IMG/VR virus record: IMGVR_UViG_3300045049_000339
Span: 1 to 64,000 of that record
Length of the DNA stretch: 64,000 bases
Source of the DNA: a virus
Direction: 5' to 3' (one strand)
Of the stretch, positions 46,728-54,461 are shown piece after piece. The position numbers and the translations under genes are program-made. Each line of letters starts with the position of its first letter. The stretch's first letter is position 1. Below the pieces are notes generated by a model. That model searched no databases. It saw only the letters and a list, made by a program, of their open reading frames with translations, and was not told the DNA's origin.

Positions 46728-47686
46728 GTGATCTCGTGCTGTCGAACTCAACTATCCGCACCTGGAAGTCATGTAAGCGGCAATACTGGTTGAGACACTA
46801 CCGTGAGCTTGCCGTTCCGCACCGTCGGCACAACCCGACCTCGGTGGCGGAGCTGGGCACCCGTGTGCACACGATTCTTGAGGCTCTGTACGGGTATGAG
46901 ATCCCGTTCGAGGTCTCCATCCCGGTGATCTACGACGCCGCGAAGGAGGAGTACCCGGACTACGCGCTCCAGCTCGAAGCGGAGCAGGAGCTTGTCGAGA
47001 TCATGGTGAACGGCTGGCTGGACTGGGCTGCGGAGCAGGGCATCGACAACGCCTTTGACGTGGTCGCGACCGAGAAAACCGTGCAGTATCAGATGGAGAT
47101 CGGGGGTGGACGAACGGTCACCCTGATGGGTAAGCTAGACCAGCAGGTGCGGCGGAAGTTCGACGACGCACTGATGTTCCGGGACTGGAAGACGTGCGGC
47201 ACTTTTTCCAAGGCGGACGACCTCATCCGCGACGAACAGTTCCGCTTCTACTCGATGCTCTGGTCGCTCATCGCGCCTGAGGGTGAACGCGTCGGCGGCG
47301 GTTTGTATACACAGATCCGTCGTTCAAATCAGTCGGCCCGCTCCAAGGGGCCGTACTACCAGCAGATCGCCGTGTCTTACAACAAGGACGACCTCCGGTC
47401 CATGTGGTACCGGACCTGGGAAGTGGCGAATGAGATCGACCGCTTTCACCGCCGCATGGACGCTGGGGAGAGTCACCTCCAGGTGGCCTACCCCAATCCG
47501 TCGATGTCCTGTTCCTGGTCGTGCCCTTTCGTGAATGTCTGCCACATGGCCGATGACGGGTCACGGTTCGAGGACGCACTGTCCAACTTGTTTGAAACTA
47601 AAGATCCTTACGCGTACTACGGCTCAGAGCAGATCAATTTGGTCAAGGAAGCTGTGGGAACTAAGGACGAGGGTCAAAGTGCCTAA
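46724..47686 (+). CDS. PD-(D/E)XK (RecB/Cas4-like) exonuclease
   Basis: LSNSTIRTWKSCKRQY, GTRVHTILE, GKLD...DWKT, Q..FY, C.WSCPF..VC. Confidence 0.88.
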   Translation: MSDLVLSNSTIRTWKSCKRQYWLRHYRELAVPHRRHNPTSVAELGTRVHTILEALYGYEIPFEVSIPVIYDAAKEEYPDYALQLEAEQELVEIMVNGWLDWAAEQGIDNAFDVVATEKTVQYQMEIGGGRTVTLMGKLDQQVRRKFDDALMFRDWKTCGTFSKADDLIRDEQFRFYSMLWSLIAPEGERVGGGLYTQIRRSNQSARSKGPYYQQIAVSYNKDDLRSMWYRTWEVANEIDRFHRRMDAGESHLQVAYPNPSMSCSWSCPFVNVCHMADDGSRFEDALSNLFETKDPYAYYGSEQINLVKEAVGTKDEGQSA

Positions 47687-48149
47687 GTGTGTAGAAGGAT
47701 GTGTCTGCAAGAAACACGTCCAGCGTATTCGTACGAAGCATGCTCTGGACTGCGATTGTTCACGCTGCTACGACACGCGGCACAAGCGCGTTTTCCATCG
47801 ACGAGGAAGCGCGAAAGCTCAGATGTGCATTGAGTGTGGTGTCACCGCTCAGGAATGGGCGCACACCCACGGCTCAGATCCGAACCTGCCGGACAACTAT
47901 CGCCCGATGTGCCGTAAGTGTCATCGGAAATACGACGGCTGGGGCGAGATGATCAGCAAGGCCAAAACGGCTTACTGGGCAACCATCCCGCCAGAAGAAC
48001 GAAATAGAGATCCCGAGACGCGCAGGAAGAACTCGGAAGCGCAGAAGGCCCGCTGGGCTGCAATGTCGCCGGAGCGCCGGAAGTCCGTGATTGAGAATGC
48101 GGCGGAAGGACAGAGGCGACGAAACAGAAGTATGAGGGGAGCGGAATGA
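47679..48149 (+). CDS. HNH-like endonuclease, paralog of 44050..44496
   Basis: RGSAK...CIEC...EWAHTHG...Y.PMCRKCHRKYD; PETRRKNSEAQKARW. Confidence 0.75.
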   Translation: MPKCVEGCVCKKHVQRIRTKHALDCDCSRCYDTRHKRVFHRRGSAKAQMCIECGVTAQEWAHTHGSDPNLPDNYRPMCRKCHRKYDGWGEMISKAKTAYWATIPPEERNRDPETRRKNSEAQKARWAAMSPERRKSVIENAAEGQRRRNRSMRGAE

Positions 48150-48901
48150 GCACAGAGCACCTTGGCCTATCGGTGATCGTGCACGGACCGGCGAAGAGCG
48201 GGAAGTCGTTCCTCGCCGACACGATGCCCGGCCCGCGTCTGGTTCTGGATGCGGAGATGGGGAGCCGCTTTACCCCCAGTAAGAAAAAAGTCTGGGAACC
48301 GGCAAAGGAGGCTCCCCCGGTCGCGGATGGAACGTGGGACACGTGCATCGTGTACGTCCGTGATTACCGTGCTGTCCTCAAGGCGTACGAGTGGCTTGAC
48401 AGTGGAAAGCATCCGTTCAAGTCCGTTGCCTTGGACTCGATTTCGGAAATTCAGCAGAGGGCTGTAGATGCCCTTGCCGGTATTCAGCAGCCCACACAGC
48501 AGGACTGGGGAACCCTGCTGCGCCAGGTTTCGGACCTGGTGCGCCGGTTCCGTGATCTGACTACAAACCCCACTCGTCCGCTGGACGCCGTGGTGTTCAT
48601 CGCCATGACGCGCCAGGGCCGTGAGGGCGACGCCACCTGGCGCCCGCATGTGCAGGGATCGCTGGCCACGGTTCTGCCTTATTTCACTGATCTGGTCGGC
48701 TACCTGTGTGTGGCGCCGCAGCCGGACGGCACCTCCGTGCGCCGCCTGTTCACCGGCCCCGTGCCCGGCTTCGAGACGGGTGAGCGCGTCGGCGGACGCC
48801 TGGGCGATTTCACGGACAACCCGAACATCACCGAAATGCTGGCCCGCGTACGGGGTTGCAGCGTTGAGGAAGTCACCGGAACGAAGGAGAGCGCGAAGTG
48901 A
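48146..48901 (+). CDS. AAA_24 / Sak4-like recombination ATPase
   Basis: IVHGPAKSGKS, LVLDAE.G, SVALDSISE, DLVGYL. Confidence 0.85.
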   Translation: MSTEHLGLSVIVHGPAKSGKSFLADTMPGPRLVLDAEMGSRFTPSKKKVWEPAKEAPPVADGTWDTCIVYVRDYRAVLKAYEWLDSGKHPFKSVALDSISEIQQRAVDALAGIQQPTQQDWGTLLRQVSDLVRRFRDLTTNPTRPLDAVVFIAMTRQGREGDATWRPHVQGSLATVLPYFTDLVGYLCVAPQPDGTSVRRLFTGPVPGFETGERVGGRLGDFTDNPNITEMLARVRGCSVEEVTGTKESAK

Positions 48902-49488
48902 CGACCCTGCCCTGGGACGAGATGATCAACAACTCCAAGGACGACGGGAAGCAGCGCGTCCCGGACGGCACCTACGAGTGCATCGTGAAGTCCACGGAGG
49001 TCGGCCAGACGGCCAACGGCTACAAGCGGATCAACACCCGCTTCATCGTGGACGAGGGTCCGTACAAGGGCTCCAGCGTCTTCAACAACTTCATCATCAC
49101 CCCGGACAAGCCCGGCGGCATGGACCTGTTCTTCCGCAACATGGGCGCGCTGGGCCTGACCAAGGACGTCCTGGCGGCCAGCAAGCCGTCGCTGGAGGCC
49201 CTGGCCGAGATGATGAAGGACCGACGCGCGGAGCTGACCGTGGGCACGCGCGTGTTCAACGGTAAGGAGTACGACGACGTCAAGCAGATGAAGCCGCTGG
49301 GCAACCCCGGAGGCGGCTTCTCCTTCGGTGGCGACACGATCCTGCCGCCGGTCGCCGTGAACCGACCGTCCACGCCGGTCCCCTCTGCCCTGCCGCCGGT
49401 CCCGACCGTCACGGACGCCATGCCGACCGTCATGCCGGTGCCCCCGGCGTCGGACGAGAACGGCCTGCCGCCGGAGCCTCCGTTCTGA
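48898..49488 (+). CDS. DUF669-like single-stranded DNA-binding protein
   Basis: VPDGTYEC...I..GPYKG..VFNNF; Pro-rich tail ending PPF; follows the Sak4-like gene. Confidence 0.8.
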   Translation: MTTLPWDEMINNSKDDGKQRVPDGTYECIVKSTEVGQTANGYKRINTRFIVDEGPYKGSSVFNNFIITPDKPGGMDLFFRNMGALGLTKDVLAASKPSLEALAEMMKDRRAELTVGTRVFNGKEYDDVKQMKPLGNPGGGFSFGGDTILPPVAVNRPSTPVPSALPPVPTVTDAMPTVMPVPPASDENGLPPEPPF

Positions 49489-49548
49489 TAGCTTGATGGA
49501 GCTGGCCCGGTTTCGGCATCGCCGACGGAGTGGCCGGGCCAGCACCCA

Positions 49549-49622
49549 CGGGACGTAGCTCAGCTTGGTAGAGCTTCCGCTTTGGGAGCGGAAGGCCGCA
49601 CGTTCGAATCGTGTCGTCCCGA
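49549..49622 (+). tRNA. tRNA-Pro(TGG)
   Basis: cgggacg/cgtcccg acceptor, anticodon arm tccgc-TTTGGGA-gcgga, T loop TTCGAAT. Confidence 0.93.
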
Positions 49623-49624
49623 CG

Positions 49625-49738
49625 GCCGGTACCTGCGGAAACCCTTACTCCGCCTGGGTGCGGGAGGCCAACTCCGATGATCCGCGTGGCGGCTCTCTCG
49701 GTGCAAGATCCCGCACGCTCGTAGTAGGCGAGCCCGGC
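49625..49738 (+). ncRNA. unidentified multibranch structured RNA
   Basis: gccgg/ccggc closes gcgga/tccgc, gtgcggga/tcccgcac and gctcg/cgagc helices between tRNA genes. Confidence 0.4.
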
Positions 49739-49744
49739 ATTCTC

Positions 49745-49862
49745 GGACGGAGTGGATGCGTCGGCCGGTTCGAGTCCGGTCATCCCCAGGGATGGGGGTC
49801 TGGCTGCGGCCAGCAAATAGGGCGACGGCCCGCGCAGAGGGGTTCGACTCCCCTCCCGTCCA
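49745..49862 (+). ncRNA. tRNA-ended RNA with two T-loop arms
   Basis: GGACGG/CCGTCC-A ends; ggccgg-TTCGAGT-ccggtc and agggg-TTCGACT-cccct. Confidence 0.55.
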
Positions 49863-49919
49863 CGGTCCCCACGAGTGATACCGGCCGCTGCGTAGGCCGG
49901 AGCCTCGTGGGGGCTTCCC

Positions 49920-50002
49920 GCGTCTGTGGTGCAATGGCTGACACGCGCCGCTCAAAACGGCGTCCACGCAGGTGGGTGTGGGTTCGAGTCCCACCAGGCG
50001 CA
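49920..50002 (+). tRNA. tRNA-Leu(CAA)
   Basis: gcgtctg/caggcgc, cgccg-CTCAAAA-cggcg, long variable arm. Confidence 0.92.
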
Positions 50003-50007
50003 CGGAG

Positions 50008-50036
50008 TTGACACAAGTCCCCGGCAGGGGTAGTGT
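50008..50036 (+). promoter_or_regulatory. HrdB-like promoter
   Basis: TTGACA-N17-TAGTGT. Confidence 0.75.
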
Positions 50037-50099
50037 TCTTCTCGTCAGCCCGCAAGGGCAGCAGGAACAGGAACGCAGTCCCCTAGGAAAGTAGGACCC

Positions 50100-50816
50100 A
50101 TGAGCGAGGGTACGAACAGCGCCACCGAGACCGTGGCGGACAAGCCGGTCGAGATCGACTACGAGGCGTTCGCCGAGGAGTACAAGAAGCGCTCCAAGGT
50201 GCTGGCCGAGGAGCGCGACGAGGCCAACCGTGCCGCCATGAGCGAGTACAGCAAGGTCCAGAGCGCTGCGGACGAGGAGCGCCGGAAGGCCCGCCAGGAG
50301 GCCGACCGGGTCTACAACGCCGCCGTCAACGGGGAGGCCGAGAAGCTCAAGGCGGCGGAGGAGGCGATCGACGCCGCCCACAAGGAGAAGCACAAGGCGC
50401 TCCTGGCGGAGCTGCTGGGCGGTGCCGCCTCCCCGGCGTCGATGGTGATGGCCTGGACCGTGTCCAAGGGCCACTACCGCAACTACCGGTACGACTACAT
50501 CGAGCCGATCGTCGAGTACCTGCGGGCGACCCCCGAGGCGACCCTGGCCGACCTGGTCAAGTTCGGCCGTGTGACGCGCCGCTGGTGCACGGACTACACC
50601 AACTACATCGAGAAGGCCCTGCGCGACGGCGTCAACATCACGGGCGCCTCCGAGCAGGAGATCGCGGCCTTCCGGGCGATCCGTGCCGCTGAGCTGTCCG
50701 AGTCCTACGGGACGCGGCGCTCCAACATCGTCAAGGGCCTCAAGAACCTGCTGGAGGTGACCGGCGTGGGCACCGCGATGCTGGACGCCTTCCCCAAGGA
50801 CTTGATCGAGTCCTGA
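50100..50816 (+). CDS. hypothetical coiled-coil protein
   Basis: RBS, strong codon bias. Confidence 0.75.
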   Translation: MSEGTNSATETVADKPVEIDYEAFAEEYKKRSKVLAEERDEANRAAMSEYSKVQSAADEERRKARQEADRVYNAAVNGEAEKLKAAEEAIDAAHKEKHKALLAELLGGAASPASMVMAWTVSKGHYRNYRYDYIEPIVEYLRATPEATLADLVKFGRVTRRWCTDYTNYIEKALRDGVNITGASEQEIAAFRAIRAAELSESYGTRRSNIVKGLKNLLEVTGVGTAMLDAFPKDLIES

Positions 50817-50886
50817 CGCAAGACACCGGACCGGCGTCTGGGGGCGCCGGTCCGGCACGCAGTATGATACTGTGGGATCAACACGT

Positions 50887-50960
50887 AGCAGCGTGGAGCA
50901 GCTCGGTAGCTCGCTAGGCTCATAACCTAGAAGTCGCAGGTTCAAATCCTGTCGCTGCCA
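50887..50960 (+). tRNA. tRNA-Met(CAT), initiator-like
   Basis: 1:72 mismatch (A-C), GAGCAGCTCGGTAGCTC D arm, ctagg-CTCATAA-cctag. Confidence 0.9.
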
Positions 50961-50962
50961 CT

Positions 50963-51006
50963 AAGGTCCCGTACTTGCCGCCAAAGCGAGACGGGACCTT
51001 TGTTTT
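50963..51006 (+). terminator. intrinsic terminator
   Basis: aaggtcccgt...acgggacctt followed by tgtttt. Confidence 0.65.
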
Positions 51007-51010
51007 ACCC

Positions 51011-51039
51011 TTGACACACCATGCACTATCCACTAGGCT
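51011..51039 (+). promoter_or_regulatory. HrdB-like promoter
   Basis: TTGACA-N17-TAGGCT. Confidence 0.75.
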
Positions 51040-51070
51040 GGCACATAGGAATAAGGAAAGGATTGCTGCC

Positions 51071-51649
51071 ATGAGCGGGGCAGAGATCGTCTCCCTGGGG
51101 GAGACCCGTCGTAGAAAGAACCCCTTCGCGGGACTGGGCCGTCATCGTCGCACGCCCGAAGCGTGGGCGCAGATGGTGCTCGACAACCAGATCCTGGAGG
51201 CCCGTGCCAGGCGGGCCGAGGAGGCGCTGGAGCGCTCCAACAACCGCATCGAGGAGCTGGACACGGTCATCAGCCTCATGCGTGAGGACATGACCTCCCT
51301 GCGTGCCGAGGTGAAGCAGGTGCGCGCCCTCATGGCCGCCGCGCCGGACCAGGAGAAGGTCACCATCCTGCCGCCTCCCTCGGACCCCGAGGAGACGCAG
51401 CCGATCTCCCAGGCGGAGCTGTTCGCCGACAAGGACCCGATGGCCGCGATGCGGCCGAAGATCCGCGTGGGCACCATCAACGGCCCGGCCACCCCCAGTG
51501 CCCCGTCCGCCGCGACGCAGCTCATCTCCCGGATCACGGCGCCCCCGCCGGACTCGGAGATGGTCAAGCACGTCGCCGTGACGCAGCCGATCCCCCTGTT
51601 CGACTCACCGATGGCGCGCGGCGCGCGGGTGCAGCGCAACACCGCCTGA
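51071..51649 (+). CDS. hypothetical coiled-coil protein
   Basis: RBS, heptad region, Pro-rich tail. Confidence 0.7.
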   Translation: MSGAEIVSLGETRRRKNPFAGLGRHRRTPEAWAQMVLDNQILEARARRAEEALERSNNRIEELDTVISLMREDMTSLRAEVKQVRALMAAAPDQEKVTILPPPSDPEETQPISQAELFADKDPMAAMRPKIRVGTINGPATPSAPSAATQLISRITAPPPDSEMVKHVAVTQPIPLFDSPMARGARVQRNTA

Positions 51650-51682
51650 CCTGCGCAGATGTGATACCATAGAGGAAGGCAG

Positions 51683-52144
51683 GTGCGGAAAATGAACGAT
51701 CTGATCAACGCCTACTACTTCGACTTCCAGGGCACTCTCGTTGACGTGCGCGGAATCCGTCACCTCTTGGAGACCACCCCCAAGCGGTACGACTCGTTCC
51801 ACTACGCCACGGCAAGCTGCCCGCCGATCTCGTGGGTGGCGTCCGAGGCCCGCAGGGCGCATGAAGAGGGCTTCGCGGTGCTCCTGGGCACCGGTATGAC
51901 CGAGCGCTTCCGGCCCCTGGTGAACTTCTGGCTGGCCAGCCACGAGGTGCATGTGGACGACCTCCAGATGCGCCCCGACGATGACTTCTGCAAGGACTTC
52001 ATCCTGAAGAACCGCATGCTGAGGCGGTGGCAGAACACTCACCGCTTCGTTCACGCGTACGACGACAACCCGGCCGTGATCGAGCACGTCTGGGCAGCAG
52101 CGAATATCCCGCACACGACCGTGCCGGGATGGGGAGAAGGATAG
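51683..52144 (+). CDS. HAD-family phosphatase (PNKP 3'-phosphatase-like), variant motif I
   Basis: YFDFQGTLVDV...GTG..E...LQMRPDDD...D...K...AYDDNPAVI..W. Confidence 0.75.
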   Translation: MRKMNDLINAYYFDFQGTLVDVRGIRHLLETTPKRYDSFHYATASCPPISWVASEARRAHEEGFAVLLGTGMTERFRPLVNFWLASHEVHVDDLQMRPDDDFCKDFILKNRMLRRWQNTHRFVHAYDDNPAVIEHVWAAANIPHTTVPGWGEG

Positions 52145-52146
52145 AT

Positions 52147-52371
52147 ATGACTGACCTGGGCACCGCCGACCGTGACTATGTCTGCGGACCCGACTGCAAG
52201 GCCCTCCGTGCGGTGAAAACCGCCCCGGTGACGGAGGAGAACGAGGAGAGCAAGGCGCCCTGGTGGGAGATGGCTCTGGTCATCATCCTGGGTACCGTCG
52301 TCGTGGCCTTCGCCACGGTCGGTGCTCTGGACGTCGGCATTCGTGCGGCGCTCGACTACTGGCACTTCTGA
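52147..52371 (+). CDS. small membrane protein
   Basis: one TM segment. Confidence 0.55.
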   Translation: MTDLGTADRDYVCGPDCKALRAVKTAPVTEENEESKAPWWEMALVIILGTVVVAFATVGALDVGIRAALDYWHF

Positions 52372-52423
52372 CGAGGTTGTGCTAGTCTAGGAACACGAGG
52401 AAAGAGGAAAGGAAGTCGACGCA

Positions 52424-52726
52424 ATGTCGAAGATCACCAACGGCGACGTTGGCAAAGAGGCTGCCGTGCGGGGTATCAGCCTCGAAGGGCACCGGTTCGA
52501 GGGTTACGGCGAAGTCCAGGGCGTGCGCAGCGACATGTTCGGTGACATCGTCGAGGTCAAGGTCAACGGTCAGGTCCAGCACTTCCGGCAGAACAACGTC
52601 GCCAGAGTCCGTGAGGACTCCGCCCCGAGCGGCGTGACCGGCGGCCAGCCCGGCGGGTGTGCGGTCATCCCGATGCTGCTGGTTGCTGCCGGTGCGGTCG
52701 GCGCCAAGTACGGCGTCGGTACGTAG
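52424..52726 (+). CDS. hypothetical protein with C-terminal hydrophobic segment
   Basis: AGGAA-repeat leader; GGCAVIPMLLVAAG. Confidence 0.65.
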   Translation: MSKITNGDVGKEAAVRGISLEGHRFEGYGEVQGVRSDMFGDIVEVKVNGQVQHFRQNNVARVREDSAPSGVTGGQPGGCAVIPMLLVAAGAVGAKYGVGT

Positions 52727-52776
52727 CTCAACTTGCTGGGCTACTCCGCTTCGGTGGAGTAGCCTGGCATCTCCGA

Positions 52777-52854
52777 GGCACGGGCGCTGAGACGCAAGGC
52801 GGTCTGTAAAATCGCCGTCGAAAGACTAGCTGGGTTTGATTCCCTGACGTGCCA
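52777..52854 (+). tRNA. tRNA-Tyr(GTA), atypical
   Basis: ggcacg/cgtgcc-A, ggcggt-CTGTAAA-atcgcc, variable arm gtc-gaaa-gac; aberrant D arm, T loop TTTGATT. Confidence 0.65.
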
Positions 52855-53140
52855 CGAGTGGTCAGGTACACAGGCACTACTAAGAGGCGTGTCGCTGTCT
52901 GTTTCGGAACGGCATTGATCGCCTGACCACCATTGACAACTCCATACCCCTCGACCCCCGTTCTCCCACCGTCGTGCAGGAATCGCTCCCCCCACGACGG
53001 GACGCAACGGCCGCCGCACCGGCCGAAGGTAGAGAACGGGCACGGTTCCACCCTTGCTCCTGCGCGGTCCTCGCAGCGCGCAGTGACTTGAGGGAGTCTC
53101 CAGGTGACCTAGCACCGGGATGTAGCAAGGGTGGAACCAC

Positions 53141-53213
53141 GGATCTGTAGCTCAGTTGGTAGAGCAGCCGACTTTTAATCGGCGGGTCGCCGGTTCAAGC
53201 CCGGCCGGGTCCA
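53141..53213 (+). tRNA. tRNA-Lys(TTT)
   Basis: canonical cloverleaf, gccga-CTTTTAA-tcggc. Confidence 0.94.
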
Positions 53214-53306
53214 CGCGCCGGTGCCTCTGGCACCAGGAAGAGCGGTTGCCCACCGTGCGCAAAGGGTAGCTCCTTCACCGTCCCCCATGCCGGTGGAGGA
53301 GCACAA

Positions 53307-53379
53307 GGGGCCTTAGCTCAGACGGAAGAGCGTGCGCCTGAAAAGCGCGAGGTCGTTGGTTCGACTCCAACAGGTCCCA
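53307..53379 (+). tRNA. tRNA-Phe(GAA)
   Basis: ggggcct/aggtccc, tgcgc-CTGAAAA-gcgcg. Confidence 0.92.
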
Positions 53380-53453
53380 CGGTGTTCCCGGTCGTTCCCA
53401 AGGCCGCCGGGAACCCCTGCCTTCGACGGAACTCCAGGACCGGAGAAGGTGGA

Positions 53454-53527
53454 CGGCGCGTAGCTCAGCCTGGTAGAGCACTGGTCTGATAAACCAGCGG
53501 TCGATGGTTCAAATCCATCCGCGTCGA
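53454..53527 (+). tRNA. tRNA-Ile(GAT)
   Basis: cggcgcg/cgcgtcg, ctggt-CTGATAA-accag. Confidence 0.92.
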
Positions 53528-53583
53528 CTAGACAGACACTCCCAAGTCTGCTACAGTAAGTAGCAGTTGAGGAAAGAGGAAGC

Positions 53584-54336
53584 ATGAAGCTCCACCAGCT
53601 CATTGCGAAGCAGGGCAAGGTCGCCGCACGCGTGACCAACGCCGCCAGCGTCATCCACAAGGCGTCGCAGAAGCCCGCTCTGTTCACGGGCGTCAGCATC
53701 ACCTACGAGCCGCTGGCCACCAACGAGAACGACGTCTCCGCGCAGAAGCCGCCGGAGGGCAACTCCGTCCAGCTCTACGCGACCAAGGAGCTGGGCAAGC
53801 TCCGCGAGCTGCTCACCGAGTTGTACGACGTCAACGCGACGCGCGACTGGTCGAACATGGTCGCCCGTGGCACCGTCAAGGTCGGTGACAAGGTCATCCT
53901 CTCGGACGTGCCGGTCCCGTTCCTGCTGTTCCTCAAGCTGGAGCTGAACCGCCTCCGCACCGAGTTCTCCGCCATCCCGGTCCTGGACCCCTCCAAGGAC
54001 TGGAAGGTGGACACGGAGAACGGCGGCTACAAGACCGAGACCACCTGGCAGCACAGCACCCGGCGCGTCAAGAAGGTGCTGGAGCGCTCCCCGGCCACGG
54101 ACAAGCACCAGGCCGTGACGGAGGTCTACGAGGAGGAAGTGCCGGTCGCGAGGAAGGAGACCACCAACTTCTCCGGCGCCCTGAGCCGCGTGGACCGCGA
54201 TGCCCTGATCCGCCAGGTCGACCTGCTCTTCGACGCCGTCACCGAGGCGGTCGAGGAGGCCAACACGGTCGAGGTCGTGGACATGTCCGTCGGCAAGCCC
54301 ATCTTCGACTTCCTTCTGGCCCCGCTGACCCGCTAG
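53584..54336 (+). CDS. conserved hypothetical helical protein (recalled as DUF7873-like, unverified)
   Basis: MKLHQLIA...QKPALFTGVSITYEP...D.NATRDW.N..A...VPVPFLLFL...ATDKHQA...FSGAL...A.EEAN; promoter TAGACA(53529)-N17-TACAGT. Confidence 0.8.
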   Translation: MKLHQLIAKQGKVAARVTNAASVIHKASQKPALFTGVSITYEPLATNENDVSAQKPPEGNSVQLYATKELGKLRELLTELYDVNATRDWSNMVARGTVKVGDKVILSDVPVPFLLFLKLELNRLRTEFSAIPVLDPSKDWKVDTENGGYKTETTWQHSTRRVKKVLERSPATDKHQAVTEVYEEEVPVARKETTNFSGALSRVDRDALIRQVDLLFDAVTEAVEEANTVEVVDMSVGKPIFDFLLAPLTR

Positions 54337-54461
54337 GGTCTCAAGAACTGGTGCTCCGGGTGCACGGGTCCTAGTAAGACGGATCGGCCCTTGTTTGTCC
54401 AGCGGTGGGGTTCACTGACCGCCTGGAGCACCTCCACAGACTCCCGGTTGAGCGACCGGGT

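Noticed and set aside
46724-47686. CRISPR-associated Cas4
   Set aside because: Sits in the standard phage helicase/Sak4/SSB recombination module with no CRISPR context
49625-49738. SRP (4.5S) RNA
   Set aside because: Lacks the conserved CAGG..GGAA..AGCA domain IV motif
49430-50055. ORFs overlapping the first tRNA cluster (also those at 52728-53481 and 58547-59157)
   Set aside because: They overlap well-formed RNA genes and lack phage codon bias
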